A stretch of 64,000 nucleotides of DNA from Octopus bimaculoides (lineage: Eukaryota), in assembly GCF_001194135.2 (NCBI RefSeq), contig NC_068994.1, forward strand, positions 40,449,625-40,513,624. The letters are read 5' to 3'. Shown one piece after another: positions 48,511-62,263 of the stretch. Made by a program: the position numbers and the translations under genes. How positions within the stretch are numbered: the stretch's first letter is position 1; each line of letters opens with the position of its first letter. The notes under the pieces were generated by a model that saw only the letters and a list, made by a program, of their open reading frames with translations, had not been told where the DNA came from and ran no database searches.

Positions 48511-49378
48511 CAGGGTGCAATGGGTAAATTGTTGCCATATTATATTTTTAATTTCGTGCATGCGCATTGTTTGATTTTGATTTTGTTGACTACACAGTAT
48601 GGTGGGGTCAGTTGGGCACCATCTGTGAAATAATTAGCACCATGACGCAATTCACTCTGATAAAACTTTGGAAATGGCATGTTGTACTGCTTGGCATTTA
48701 TGCCTGAAGCCCCAGTACAAACAGGTGAACAGACAGAACAACCGTTGGCTTGCTGTGTGCCCAAAACATGTACTGAGAATGATAAAAATCAAACATTTAA
48801 TCATCCTCATGGTGTTTGGAGTGATCACTAGTGATGACAATGTTATGCCTCCATTCATCTTCCCCACAGAGGCCTACATCAAGTTCCTGGATAAGGTGGG
48901 GCTGACCTGGGTCAAAAGGGTGGCTGCTGGAAGACCTTATGTCTGGCAACAGGACTCTGCACCAAGCCACAAAAGCAGGAGAACCGAGTTATAGCTGTCA
49001 GACAATTTCTGTGACCACATCACCCCTAACATCTGGCCATTTAACTCCCCAGACTGCAATCCACTCGATTATTATGTGTGGGGTGCAGTTGAGCGAGAGA
49101 CCAACAAAACTCCTTGTAACACCAAAGATGACCTGAAGGCAAGAATTATGACAGCATTCACCAACTTAAACAAGGAGATGGTCCAGAAGAGTTACAGGAA
49201 ATTTCAAAGTCATCTGGAGGCCGTGGTTGAAGCCAATGGCGATTTTATAGAATAAATCTATTCTTTAGTATTTCAAGATGTTTTTATGTAATTTTGGTAA
49301 ACATATCTGTTGAAATGAGAGGTCAGTGTTATTTTCATTTTTGCACAATTTAGACAAAAATATATTCACTGCACTTTG
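48511..49378 (+). mobile_element. Internally deleted maT (DD37D) transposon with both ends
   Basis: QQD(48953)SAP...WPFNSPDCNPLD(49067)YY gives exactly 37 residues between the Ds; C-terminus EAVVEANGDFIE*; degenerate 28-bp TIR (20/28 match), TA at the right end; first D and HTH absent. Confidence 0.93.
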
Positions 49379-49397
49379 TATACATATGCATCACTTG

Positions 49398-49398
<1 letters not shown>

Positions 49399-49449
<51 letters not shown>

Positions 49450-49518
49450 CATCTATCTATCTATCTATCCATCTGTCTATCTATCTATCTGTCTGTCTAT
49501 CTATCTATCTATCTATCA
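49399..49518. repeat. (CTAT)n tetranucleotide microsatellite
   Basis: Direct reading. Confidence 0.95.
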
Positions 49519-49526
49519 TATTCTCT

Positions 49527-49830
49527 TGATTTGGTACTTATTCTATCAGCCTCACTTTCTTCTGGATTATTAAGTCACAGGGACATAAACAAACCAACAC
49601 TGGTTGTTAAGTGGTAGGGATGAGAACAAAACAAAGATACAGACACGACACATATATACACACACATATATATATATGTATATGACAGTCTTCCAGAAAG
49701 TCTACTAAATTCATCAACCATAGTCCAGGACTGTAGCAGATGATATTTGCTCAAGTTACTGTGTAGTGAGACTGAACTCCAAACCACTTGATTGCAAAGT
49801 ATACTTTAGAACCATACAGCCATGCCCATG
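49527..49830 (-). mobile_element. SINE group 1, degenerate
   Basis: GTACTTATTCTATCAG...GGACATAAACAAACCAACACTGGTTGTTAAG; head end CCATACAGCCATGCC. Confidence 0.7.
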
Positions 49831-50645
49831 CTTATATGATGATAATTGATAGTTATTTCTTACATAAGCAGTTTAAAAGACTCATGGTGAAGTGGAGATG
49901 ATAATGCCTTTCCCAAGATCCCAACTGCATTATCAACATCAATGAAGTGAAATATTTCCAGCGCAGAATTGAAGAATAATACAACGAGATATTTCTTTAC
50001 TGGAATGCCGTCATGGTGTCGACTGTTGTTATCACACAAGCTCTTTGTTCCATTGTTTCTTCTTAGTTACAATCTTTCTGTAATGCACGACGCACATAAC
50101 TGCATGTTACTGCTTTGCCAGTCTCTGTCTCTTTCATCTCCCTGCTTTCATATCACATTTGCCATTCATGTCTTTCCCTTATCCTTTTTCTCTTGCACTT
50201 TCTCTCTCTCTTTTCTTTCTCCCTTTCTCTCTCTCTTTCTTCCTCTTTCCCTTTTCAATATTCATGACTTCTTTCTCCTTTCATTCTCTCTTCTTTTCCT
50301 AATTCTTTTTTTGCTTCTTATTTCTCTTCTTCCTTTCACGCCTACCCTCCACCCATTGCCCATTGCTACATAGTTTCATATCCACATTTTATGTCAGTTT
50401 TTCTTTTCTTTCTCACTAATACTCCGTCCATTCTTCTGCAATCTTTACACCAAATTCTCACACAGATCTTGGAATACACACACATACACAAGTATATATA
50501 CATATGCATATATATATATATATAAGTTCAACCCATGCCAACATGGAACACAAATGCTAAATTATAATGATAGTAATGATGATGATAATGATGTTGATGA
50601 TGATGATGATATACACACATACACATATATATGTACACATATATA

Positions 50646-51003
50646 GGTGCAGGAGTGGCTGTGTGGTAAGTAGCTTGCCTACCAACCACATGGTTCTGGG
50701 TTCAGTCTCACTGCGTGGCACCTTGGGCAAGTGTCTTCTACTATAGCTTCGGGCCAACCAAAGCCTTGTGAGTGGAATTGGTGTGTGTATATGTTTGTGT
50801 GTCTGTGTTTGTCCCCCCAGCGTCGCTTGACAACCAATGGTGGTGTGTTTACGTTCCCGTAACTTAGCGGTTCGGCAAAAGAGACCGATAGAATAAGTAC
50901 TAGGCTTACAAAGAATAAGTCCTGGGGTGGATTTGCTCGACTAAAGGCGTTGCTCCAGCATGGCCACAGTCAAATGACTGAAACAAGTAAAAGAGTAAAA
51001 GAG
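50646..51003 (+). mobile_element. SINE group 1, young, short internal microsatellite
   Basis: GGTGCAGGAGTGGCTGTGTGGTAAGTAGC...GGGTTCAGTCTCACTGCGTGGC...GAAACAAGTAAAAGAGTAAAAGAG. Confidence 0.93.
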
Positions 51004-51893
51004 CATATGTATAGATGTGAAGAACTAAGGCAAATAATTCAAGAGGCCTGTAGTATGCAGTTTGATAAAAGTGGGATACTAAATATAGTAGTACAGAGTA
51101 AATTCTTAATGTATTGAAACTTCTCTTCAAATGTGAGGTACAAAAATGAAAACCAATCCTTAATGAATGTCTTAGGAAGTGGAGATAACTTCAAAGCACG
51201 AAGAACCAATCACTAAACTTAATTTACACTCATAGGCAAAGGATAAGCAAAGGGCAACTATGAACATATGTTTTAGTATATTTAACCTCATCAGTACAGT
51301 ACAGTTTACTGAGATCTGCAAATCAGGAGATGAAATTCTGCATAGTGGAAAAGGGTTATTGTAAGAGGGTAATGAATTATAAAAAGAGCTAAGAGAAATA
51401 ATTCCTCGAAGACACTGACAAGAATTTGGGTAATTGAATTGGTGTATGATGTAATGGAATTGTGAAGTTATTGAAATATCTATCTAAAACAAAGAAAGAA
51501 ATCACTTCTGAGTTTTTGTTTACTTTCTGTTAAATTTCAAACTTTCGATAAATTTCAATAGTAATTTTTTTGTATATGGCATTCAGTACATAACNNNNNN
51601 NNNNNNNNNNNNNNNNNNNNNNNNNNNNNNNNNNNNNNNNNNNNNNNNNNNNNNNNNNNNNNNNNNNNNNNNNNNNNNNNNNNNNNNNNNNNNNNNNNNN
51701 NNNNNNNNNNNNNNNNNNNNNNNNNNNNNNNNNNNNNNNNNNNNNNNNNNNNNNNNNNNNNNNNNNNNNNNNNNNNNNNNNNNNNNNNNNNNNNNNNNNN
51801 NNNNNNNNNNNNNNNNNNNNNNNNNNNNNNNNNNNNNNNNNNNNNNNNNNNNNNNNNNNNNNNNNNNNNNNNNNNNNNNNNNNNNNNNNNNNN

Positions 51894-51950
<57 letters not shown>

Positions 51951-52410
51951 AGTCATAAAACATATCATCGGAAAGACCATCCAGCCTTACCAGCATGGAC
52001 ATAAAATTCTAATGAGGACACATAAAATATATTCTCTGGACAGAAAATATATTTCTGGCAGAAAACACATTAGTAAACAAACTGAGATTTTGCTTTCATC
52101 AGTGGAAACATAAAGTAGTAATCATAAAAAGGGTTTTACTGCTTATAGACCAACTGATGAAGGAATGCTGGAAAGTAACAAAAGAAACTTCTACCATCAC
52201 TCTCAGGTTTTTCTTTAGTTGCCATATAAGTAGTAAATTCTTCTTTTTTGTTTCCATTGCTGGTTGCAAAACACCAGTTATTTTGTGATTGTGTTTGTAC
52301 CAGAGACTGTTGCCTCAGTCTCAAGGAACTATTTAATATATATTTTAATTTTAATAAATGTAACAATGTATCTATTTTTGAGTATCCATTCATTTTAGTT
52401 CATGATATTT

Positions 52411-52460
<50 letters not shown>

Positions 52461-53076
52461 ATATATACATTCATATACACACATATATATATACATATCC
52501 CATTTTTCATTTTCCTCTTTCTTTCTTTCTCTTTTATCTTCTGACTAAAACTTCTCTTCATCTACTTTTTATGCTTTTTGCTATCCTAGATACGGCCTAT
52601 CATCACTTCTTGTTTGCCCAGCTCACTATTTCTAATCCTCTAATAGTTGCAAAACTGTTTCTTTTCAGTCGATCTCCCTACTCCGCCTCTCTTTGTATCT
52701 CTCCCTCTCCTCTATCTCAGTTCTTTTCTCTCTTCTGCTTACCCTCCTTTCTTTAGAATGTAACACTATATCTCTTTTCCTTTCATTTTCTTTATCTCTT
52801 TTTCATCTCTCAGTTCTTTTATCTTTCTTTGAATACCCCATTTTCTCCTTCTCTTTCGCTTTTCTTTCTCCATTTTCTTTCCAGTATATTATTTCTTTCT
52901 TTCTTTTATTTCACACATTTCATCCTTATCATCCTCTTTCCTTCATTCTTTACTTTTACTACCTTTACTTTCAAACAGAAAGAGTTATAGACTAAAGGAT
53001 TGCTACACTTAGGTTTATCCCCTTATGAACTGAGTTCAAATCCTGCTGTGGATGTTGTTACCTTTTATTCATCTCT

Positions 53077-53230
53077 GGCTGTGTGGTAAGTAGCTTGCTT
53101 ACCAGGCACATGGTTCCAGGTTCAGTCCCACTGTGTGGCACCTTGGGCAAGTGTCTTCTACTATAGCCTCGGGCCAACCAAAGCCTTGTGAGTGGATTTG
53201 GTAGATGGAAACTGAAAGAAGCCCATCGTA

Positions 53231-53261
<31 letters not shown>

Positions 53262-53563
53262 NNNNNNNNNNNNNNNNNNNNNNNNNNNNNNNNNNNNNNN
53301 NNNNNNNNNNNNNNNNNNATATATATGTGTGTGTGTGTGTGTGTGTGTATGTGTGTTTGTGTTTGTCCCCCCACCATCGCTTGACAACCAATGTTGATGT
53401 GTTTACGTCCCTGTAACTTAGTGGTTCGGCAAAAAGAGATCGATAGAATAAGTACTAGGCTTACAAAGAATAAGTCCTGGGGTCGATTTGCTCGACTAAA
53501 AGCGGTGCTCCAGCATGGCCGCAGTCAAATGACTGAAACAAGTAAAAGAGTAAAGGAGTAAAA
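53077..53563 (+). mobile_element. SINE group 1, full length (gap within the internal microsatellite)
   Basis: Same head and tail as 50646-51003. Confidence 0.92.
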
Positions 53564-53879
53564 GAGTTGTTGTTTAACTCCAGATCAGTCCTAATTGAGC
53601 ACACCTGTGATCAAAAGTGTTACAATCCTAATCATCCTATTATATTCTTTGGGTATAATCTACCCAAGACCTCATTATCAGATGTGTTTCTCCCAGTTTT
53701 AGTAAAATTCAGCAGTATTTATCATTATGTCAATATGATTAGTTACTGTTAGGAGTCAGATAACCTGACATGTAGGGCTAAAATCCAACGACGATGTGGA
53801 ACTCAGTTTGAAATATTCAATTTTACCTTCAAAATGATGAGGAACAAAGTTGGTCTTAATATTTCATCAATATAAGGGG

Positions 53880-54085
53880 CAAGCTGATATAGTCATTAGC
53901 AGACCAAGCAAAATGCTTAGCGGCATTTCATCTGTCTTCACATTTTGAGTTCAATTTCAACCAAAGTTAACATTGCTTTTCATCCTTTCGGGGTTGATAA
54001 AATAAGAACCAGTTGAACACTAGGGTCAATGAAATCAATTTACCCCCTCACATAAAAATTGCTGGCCTTGTGCCAGAATTTGAAA
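53880..54085 (+). mobile_element. SINE group 2
   Basis: AAAATGCTTAGCGGCATTTCATCTG...GAGTTCAATTTC...CATCCTTTCGGGGTTGATAAAATAAG. Confidence 0.82.
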
Positions 54086-54139
54086 TCAATATTTAACCAT
54101 AATTTTGTTCCCATCTATGGTGCTTTATATGAATATTAA

Positions 54140-54360
54140 CCCTTTCTTTACCAACCTGGCTGAAACCTGCTCTGGCTCTGAGTACAAATATCTTGTTTTC
54201 ATAAGTTTTGAATTAAAATCTTCCACCAAACCTTAGTCACAATTTATGTTCCTAACACTAGCTGAATGATAACTAAGTTATTTTACTAAATTCTTTGTTA
54301 TATTTAAAGTAACTGAAAGAAACACAGAACATCTCAAAAATAGATACAGTAATGAAAGGG
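54140..54360 (+). mobile_element. piggyBac-type MITE
   Basis: TTAA-CCCTTTC...GAAAGGG-TTAA, perfect TTAA duplication. Confidence 0.9.
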
Positions 54361-54651
54361 TTAAATTGACTCCAGTGCTTGATTGGTAAGTTCTTTTATT
54401 GACTCCAGGAGGACAAAAGGCAAAGTTAGTCTTAGACTTTCATTATCATTCCATTCCTACTTAAGATTGATTATAAGAATATTAAATCAATTCCAGTATT
54501 CTACTTTTATTTGGTTAGTACTTATTTTCTGTATTTTCTTTCCAATATATCATTTCTTTGTTTCTTTTATTTCACACATTTCATCCTTAACATACTCTCT
54601 CCTTCATTCTTTACTTTTACTACCTTTATTTCCACACCTGCACCTCAAGGA

Positions 54652-55053
54652 GGCACAGGTGTGGTTGTGTGGTAAGAAGCTTGCTTCCAAAACACATGGT
54701 TTCGGGTTCAATCTCACTGCATGACACCTTGGGCAAGTGTCTTTTACTATAGCCTTAGGCCAACCAAAGCCTCGTGAGTGGATTTGGTAGATGGAAACTG
54801 AAAGCAGCCTAGTGTGTGTGTGTGTGTGTGTGTATGTGTGTCTGTATTTTCCCCATCACCGCTTGACAACCAATGTTGGTGTGCCCCTGTAACTTAGCAG
54901 TTCAGCGAACGTGTCTGATAGAATAAGTTCTAAGGTTTACATAAAATAAGTCCCAAGGTCGAATTTTTTGACTAAAAATAATCCCTTTTAAGTCAGTGCT
55001 CCAGCATACCCATAGTCAAATGACTGAAATAAGTAAAAGAATAAAAGAATAAA
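54652..55053 (+). mobile_element. SINE group 1, full length
   Basis: GCACAGGTGTGGTTGTGTGGTAAGAAGC head, (TG)n, GTAAAAGAATAAAAG tail. Confidence 0.9.
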
Positions 55054-55639
55054 AACCATGAAAGATAAAAGGGAAAAAGTCTTCCATTATAATTCCATTT
55101 ATATTATTGATGTCATTATAACAATATAAATGATAAATGTTCTCTGGTATTTGAGTGGTGTTTTATTTTATCAACCCAGAGAATAAGGATAAATATGAAT
55201 CAGCAGGATTTGAACTCAGGGTGCAAAAGGCCATAAGTAATGCTTCCAGCATACTGTTCAGTGTACTAGATCACTAAATTTACCAACACTTACAAAATGA
55301 TTTTAATTTTTACTTTGCTACCAATGTGAACCCTTCTCACTACAATTTTCAGACTCACATGGCACCTTTTTAATGAAGTGAAGGTGTTATTTGAGGAATA
55401 TTTAATGTTGAAGTGTCAGTCACATTGACTTTCTGTGGTTACAGCCTTGAAGTGTCAGTCACATACTAATTTTAAAAGAGAAAAGATAAATACTGCTGAT
55501 CTATATCAGCAAAACTTGTATTCATTGGTATGGTGTAGAGTTTTTCTTTTTGTTTTTGTTCTTACTTTACATCAAAAGCCAGAATAGTGAAATGTCTTAA
55601 TTTCAGAGAACAAGAGAAATTAATTGCATCTTATTCGTT

Positions 55640-56100
55640 TTCTTTCGATTGATCAGTCTGAAGAAAGGGGCTGTACAGGTGGTTTTTGCAAACCTTCTGG
55701 GTTTCATTTAACCTGTTATACATTGGTATTTGTTGGAGAGACATGAACAGAGAGGAGATTCAAGAGGAATGACATCCTGGGAAGGACTAGGGTATTGGAT
55801 ACAAAATGGGTGATGAGTTAGGAATGCCTGAATGGATATAACTAGCAACCAGTTAGATTTGCGAAACAGGGGGCCATTTTCCTAGCAGTAGAAAAAGCAG
55901 CATGCCTGTGAGCCAGAGGCTGGAAAATACATGAGTGGTTTTTATACTAATCTGTTAAGTGACTTTTCTGTGGGTACAGCCTTGGATGGGCAGCCTCAGC
56001 TCCCTGAAGAAAGATTTTGTTCAAAATGTTGGAAACTCATCTCCTAACAGCAAAGAAAGTTAGAAAACTTTACAGTTAACTAGTAAAATTTTAAGGCTGA
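55640..56100 (+). mobile_element. Degenerate Penelope-like fragment with decayed hammerhead motif (56001-56033)
   Basis: UCC-CUGAAGA-A-AGAU-UUU-GUUC-AAAA-UGUU-GGA. Confidence 0.4.
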
Positions 56101-56329
56101 TTCAAACCCTTGTGCTAATGAGAGAAATCATTATATTTACTTTTTTCTATTATACCCATCTTTCTCTTTCTATAGACAATTCTTCACTCCCACACCTTTA
56201 CACTTCCTCTCTTTCTCCATACTAACCACTCCTTTTCTCTCTCCTCTTTCCTCACACCTCTATTCCAATGTTTCTCCTAACCTCTTCAGCTCTTACTATC
56301 TTCTATTTTTATCCTTTTCACTCTCTTAA

Positions 56330-56487
56330 ACTCTCTCTCTCTCTTTATCATAAACTCTCTTTCTCTCTCTCTTTCTCATAAACTCTCTCTCTCTTTCTCA
56401 TAAACTCTCTCTCTCTCTCTCTCTTTCTCATAAACTCTCTCTCTCTCATAAACTCTCTCTCTCTTTCTCATAGACTCTCTCTCTCTC
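56330..56487. repeat. (CT)n-based minisatellite punctuated by TCATAAAC units
   Basis: TCATAAACTCTCT repeated about six times. Confidence 0.85.
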
Positions 56488-57619
56488 AAACCCCCACCTC
56501 CTCTAATTTCCCACTCTTTCTCCCCTCCCTCCATCAACGTTTTATTTTTATCCTTCTCTCTCATTCCTCCTACCTTTCCCCACTTCTCTCATCTCTCATA
56601 CAATTTCCGTTGCTTTAAATTTTTACAACTGCAGTATTTACAAAACACAAGCATCTTTTATTCTAATTATTTCATGCACGACCACAGTATTTGTGGAATG
56701 AAATGATTACTTCTGAAAGCTAGACAATGAATATTCATATAAAGGCCATAGTTAGCGTGGAGGCTCCACACCATCACTGATGACAAAAATATTAACATAG
56801 AAAAACAAAAAAAATTTCAAAAATACCATATATTTTTTTTTTTAATTTTGTTACATTTCGGCTCTTTCTCCTATATTCTTAAAGAGCACACTCCAAAATT
56901 TGCATTAAAATGGCATATTTTATTTCTGCGCCATCCTTACACTGAACCTAGAGAGAAAACAAATCTCTTAAAGCATTGTTAATTTTATACAATTGCCTGA
57001 ATTTGCTTCACAGTAGTGGAGAGTTTGGGGTATTTTTTTAAAAGTTTGCTGGTTGTTTTTCCGATTTTCTAAAAATGTTGAATTTATAAACCGAATCTTT
57101 GCTACAAAACTACAGTTCTATTATTGTGAAAACGGTTACTCTTTGTCAGGATCCTGGTGTGAAAACTAAAGTTTTCTGTTTTCTTTTATTTCTCCAATGA
57201 CCTACTTTACCTTAAATAATGACAAGCAGAAAAAGCGTTTCCAATAGTGCTAAAAAATGTTTCTTTATATTTGTTTTTTTTTTCTTTTCATGTCATCATT
57301 TTGACCCTAAGTTCTAATTCTGCTGAAGTCAACTCTACAGTTTCATCATTCTGGGGTTCCTAAAATATAGTACTGTTCAAGTACTGAGATGTATATGATG
57401 TATTTTCGACTACATGCCACACTTCAAGGTTGAGCGGTTAAGAAGATCACTTTGCAAGTACGTGTCTTCAGGTTCAATCCCACTGTGTAGCACTTGGGCT
57501 ACACAGTCTTCTATACAGCACTGAGCTGACAAATGCCTTGTGTGTGTGTGTGTGTGTGTGTGTGTGNNNNNNNNNNTGTGTGTGTGTGTGTGCATGTATG
57601 TGTATGTGTGTAGGAGCAC

Positions 57620-57935
57620 TCTGTTGGTTACGACGACGAGGGTCCCAGCTGATAAATCAATGGAACAGCCTGCTCGTGGAATTAACGTGCAAGTGGCTGA
57701 GCACTCCACAGACATGTGTACTCTTCTCGTAGCTCTCAGGGAGATTCAGTGTGACACAGAGTGTGACAAGGCTGGCCCTTTAAAATACAGGTACTACTCT
57801 TTTTTGCCAGCTGAGTGGACTGGAGCAACGTGAAATAAAGTGTCTTGTTCAAGGACACAACGTGTCTCTGGGAATTGAACTCACAACTTTACGATCATGA
57901 GCCGAATGCCCTAACCACTAAGCCACGTGCCTCCA
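57620..57935 (-). mobile_element. SINE group 3, full length; SINE group 1 head lies upstream at 57425-57545(+)
   Basis: Reverse complement GGAGGCACGTGGCTTAGTGGTTAGGGCATTCGGCTCATGATCGTAAAGTTGTGAGTTCAATTCC...; body homologous to 11385-11700. Confidence 0.9.
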
Positions 57936-57974
57936 CTAGTGTATGTGTGTAAATATATATCTATATATACACAT

Positions 57975-58250
57975 GCATATATTGACTAGTTGTTATACAT
58001 CACTGGTCACAATGTGCTTTGCATTGTTTTAGCATGTGGATGATGCCACCTCACCAGGTACGTGAGCAAGCCGACATTCCCTTTGATCAGACCAACACAG
58101 GGTTACCCTGTTACAGCTGAGTGAACTGGAGCAACATGAAATGAAGTGTTTTTCCTCAAGAACACAATGCACCACCTGGTCCAGGATTCAAACCCATGTT
58201 CTAACATTCACGAGTGCAATACCTTAACTACTAGGTTACACACCTTCACA
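57975..58250 (-). mobile_element. SINE group 3 variant; SINE group 1 tail follows at ~58330-58475(+)
   Basis: Shared head, body shared with 40870-41150. Confidence 0.75.
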
Positions 58251-58680
58251 CTTATGCACACACACACAGACAAATACACGTACACACACACACACATATG
58301 CATGCACACATACGCACACATGTGCATGTCTTTGTACTTGTGTTTGTCTCACACTCACCACTTGACAACCGGTCTTGGTTTGTTTATCTCCCTGTAAATT
58401 CAGGGATTGACAAAGGAGCCTAATAGAATGAGTACCAGACTTTAAAAAAAAAGTACTGGGGTCCACCTCTTCAACTTTCTTTTAATGAATAAATTAAGAA
58501 AAATTACTCCAAGAAGCTGTATGCACAGAAAGAAATGGTTAAATTGGTTTTTACATATTTAATGTTAGGAGCATTGAAGAAAAGCAATAAGAAATAATTA
58601 TGTGGTGAGACAACTTCAGTATTAATCAATGACTACTATAATTTCATTTATTGTTGGAAGTATGGGAGACAATCACATAC

Positions 58681-58751
58681 CTGATTCAGCTTTACTAGAC
58701 ATCCTCAGCAAAGCATAGGCTACACTCCAGCTGCTGGAGTTATCTCTCATG
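58681..58751 (-). other. Candidate 71-nt exon (unverified)
   Basis: Branch-like GACTAAT, acceptor TTGTTCTGTCAAG, donor CAG/GTATGT, one open frame MRDNSSSWSVAYALLRMSSKAES. Confidence 0.2.
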
Positions 58752-61099
58752 CTTGACAGAACAATTGAGATATTAGTCATTGATTTAATATTGTCTTTGC
58801 CTCATAGCATTGTTATTTCTAATTAGCTTTGTAATATTCACCACATTAAGTATGTTGACATTAAATTAACTATTGCTACTTTCAATATTTATATGTTTTA
58901 TGAGACAGTGCAAACGTTTTTGTACATCGATACCTTTCCAAGCTCCTGTCAGATCATTATAAGTCACATTAGCAAGCTACAAACTAGCTAAGAAGCCAGA
59001 AGCATATATAGTAAGTGCCATGCCCAATGAATCAATAACAAATTAAACTGCTTAGTTACTATGTAGATTAACTTCGCAGCTAAAGTAGCTAGTATCATAA
59101 ATCTGCATTATATGAATATTGATTCATATGAATCATGCACTTAAGAACAAAAAATGTAATCTCTACATCATGTGACAACTCTTACCCTCTCTTCCCATTT
59201 ATGGATACCTCTGATAAATATAAAATCTTGCTTTTGATATTATCTTAAAGAAATCAGTAGTTTATCTCACCCAATGTTTGGCAGACTTGGGTGAGGCAAA
59301 TATTGATCTGTTTTGGTTAAAACAAGGCAAATATTTTTAGAAGCTCATTATATAATTAGTAGTTATTTTAAGAAACTTAAGGATGGAGATCAAGAACAGT
59401 CATCATGTTTAACATAATCACTTGGGCTAGTATCTTTGACTGAGATCACTACTCTGTTACAAGCATTCAAGCCCAGATCCCTAGCCTAAGGATAATTTAT
59501 TCCTTTCCCCCCGGTCATGGAGCTCTTGAAAACCAGGGGGTCATGAACACTGCTCTTTCTTCATGACTAAGCCATTAAGAAGGAAAAATGGAATTTGTTA
59601 CCAGCAAGATTTGAACTCAAAACTGACAACAGCAAAACAAAATATTCTGAAAAAAATAAAAAGAGAGTAATTTTGTTTGGTGCTCTGTTGTTTTCACTAT
59701 GTCCATCATACTGTGATAAATAAAATATTAATTAATTGCTTAATTTATATGCATATTCATTTATTCTTCCTAGTTCAATAGATATTCTATTTTATATTTT
59801 TGATAATCTTTATTGTTTTAATCTCTATGTAGTACAGCAAATTGTGGGTGGCTTTGCTATTTTTTCCTATCCTTTTTTTTTGTAAGCTTACTAATTAAAA
59901 CATCATTCATTTTATGATCAATATTTTAATAACAAAAAACAACACAAAAACAATAATAAAATATTACATTAAGTACAATATAAACACAAACAAGAACAAA
60001 ATGCTGACTCATTTGGTGATGTTGACATTGTTGTTGCTGTTGTTGTTGTTGCCAGTGCTACTCAACAGAAACATTAACAATGACCTCTTTATTTGCCACA
60101 AGGACATAACAAATGAAAAACAAATATGAACACAAAGAACTATGGATGAGATGATTAGAAATACATATCAATATATAAAACAACAAACTAAGGTTGTGTA
60201 TATATGTGAGTGAGTGTGAGTGTGTACATAAAAAGATACATACATGCATACATATACACACACATGCACATATTTATATATACATATATATTTGTATACA
60301 CACATACACAGACACACACACAAAAATACATACACTTACATACATGCTCATGTGCATGTGTGTGTGTTGTTAGTGTGTCCCAAGATAGCATGCTTTATGA
60401 TATGTCTTTCAGCTTGAGGTTCTTTGTGTTCAAATCCCATCAAGACCATCTCTGGTTTTCAGTCTTTTAATTTCAATGAATAAAGAGTTAGTTAAGTATA
60501 GGGGCTAATTCTTCATTCTCATCTCCCCTCTCTCTCCCCATCTCCCCCTCTCTTATCTCTTTCATTCTCTCTGTTTCTTACCACCCCTCTGTATTGGCAA
60601 CATAACATTGTGCAAAGGGTTGTGTTAAACTAGGCACAAACTCCTTTTCTCCACAGCTAGAGAAAAAAATGAATGAGGCACTAGTAAACTCTTTTCATAG
60701 AAAAACTTATATATGCTACAGGAGCTATCCAAAGATGGATCAGTGCTTCTTGTAGATGGTACTTAAGCATGGACTAACCATCTTGTAGATGGTACTTAAG
60801 CATGGTACTTAAGCATAGATTATCAATGGAAATAACTCATAATGAAGAGAAAAATCATTATCCTTAATCAAAATTCTTGTCATGAAAATAAGAGAGACAA
60901 CTGAGAAATATAAACTGATTAAGAATTGAATGAAGGCATGAAGTTGGTAGTTAGTCTTATTTCTGATCTTTGGTGAGAATGATGATAACTCCAGGTATGT
61001 TTCAGTCTTACTAAACCTCTTTGAAATCATACTATCATGTGCGTGTGTGTGTGTGTGCGTGTGTGTGTGTGTGCGTGTGCATGCATATGTATACACATC

Positions 61100-61325
61100 A
61101 TCATCATCATGATCATCATGATCATCATTTAATGTTTGCTTTCCATGTTGGCATGCATTACACAGTTTGATTGGAACTGGTAAGCTGGAGAGCTGCACTA
61201 GGTTCCACTCTGATTGGGTATGGCTTCTACAGCTGGATGCCCTTCCTAATGCCAACCACTCCAAGAGTGTAATGGATGCCTTTTACATGCCACCAGCACT
61301 GGTGCCATTTCCATGACACTGGTAA
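61100..61325 (-). mobile_element. RTE LINE 3' UTR fragment
   Basis: CTACAGCTGGATGCCCTTCCTAATGCCAACCACT with (CAT)n tail. Confidence 0.85.
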
Positions 61326-61389
61326 TAGCCATGACTATGGTTATATACACATATACATATATCTATAACTATAAAAGAGAGTTTGTATG

Positions 61390-61456
<67 letters not shown>

Positions 61457-61669
61457 ATGCGTGTATGTTCTTTATGCATTCCAAAAGCAAGTTGCCGATT
61501 TTCACATAAGGGGTATCAAAAGATTCAGTAAGCTTTTGGCTACCAACTAAACTATATTTTTATTCACATATTTGCATTACAAAAATTTAACATTATCATT
61601 TTTCGTTTTGTCACCTATCGACATTTTATATCACCACCCTAATGACGATGATGTCACATTTTCTATATG

Positions 61670-62025
61670 CATGATTTGGTAGACGGAAACTGAAAGAAGC
61701 CTGCCATATATATATGTATATATCTATCTATGTGTGCGTATGTGTCTTTGTGTCTGTGTTTGTCCCACCACCACCGTTTTACAATCAGTGCTGGTGTGTT
61801 TTACATCCCTGTAACTTAGTGGTTTGGCAAAAGAGACTGATAGAATAAGTATCAGGCCTTAAAAAAATAAGTACTGGCATCAATACAGTTGACTAAAATT
61901 CTTCACCGTGGTGGTGCCTCAGTATGGCCANNNNNNNNNNTTAAAATTCTTCACCGTGGTGGTGCCTCAGTATGGCCACAGTCTAATTACTGAAACAAGT
62001 AAAAGAAAAGAAAAAGATAAAGATA
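61670..62025 (+). mobile_element. SINE group 1, 5' truncated
   Basis: GATTTGGTAGACGGAAACTGAAAGAAGCC...GAAACAAGTAAAAG. Confidence 0.85.
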
Positions 62026-62263
62026 TATCAACACACACACATACACATATACATAAATACATACATATGCATATAAATATATATCTATAATATGTATATA
62101 TGTATATACATATATACCAACATGTTTATGGATATATATGCACACAAACACACATATATACTGGGTCAAACCATGGCTATGGTAAAAGAAAAGAAAAAAA
62201 ACACACAAGGTGACTTTCAGTGGGATTGAAACCAGAACCGTATGGTTGCATAGTGAAATTGTT

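Noticed and set aside
52095-52190. CTGATGAAGG motif with an inverted partner
   Set aside because: No stem II closing onto GAAA
61894-61978. 37-bp direct repeat
   Set aside because: The copies flank a 10-N gap; most likely an unmerged contig overlap
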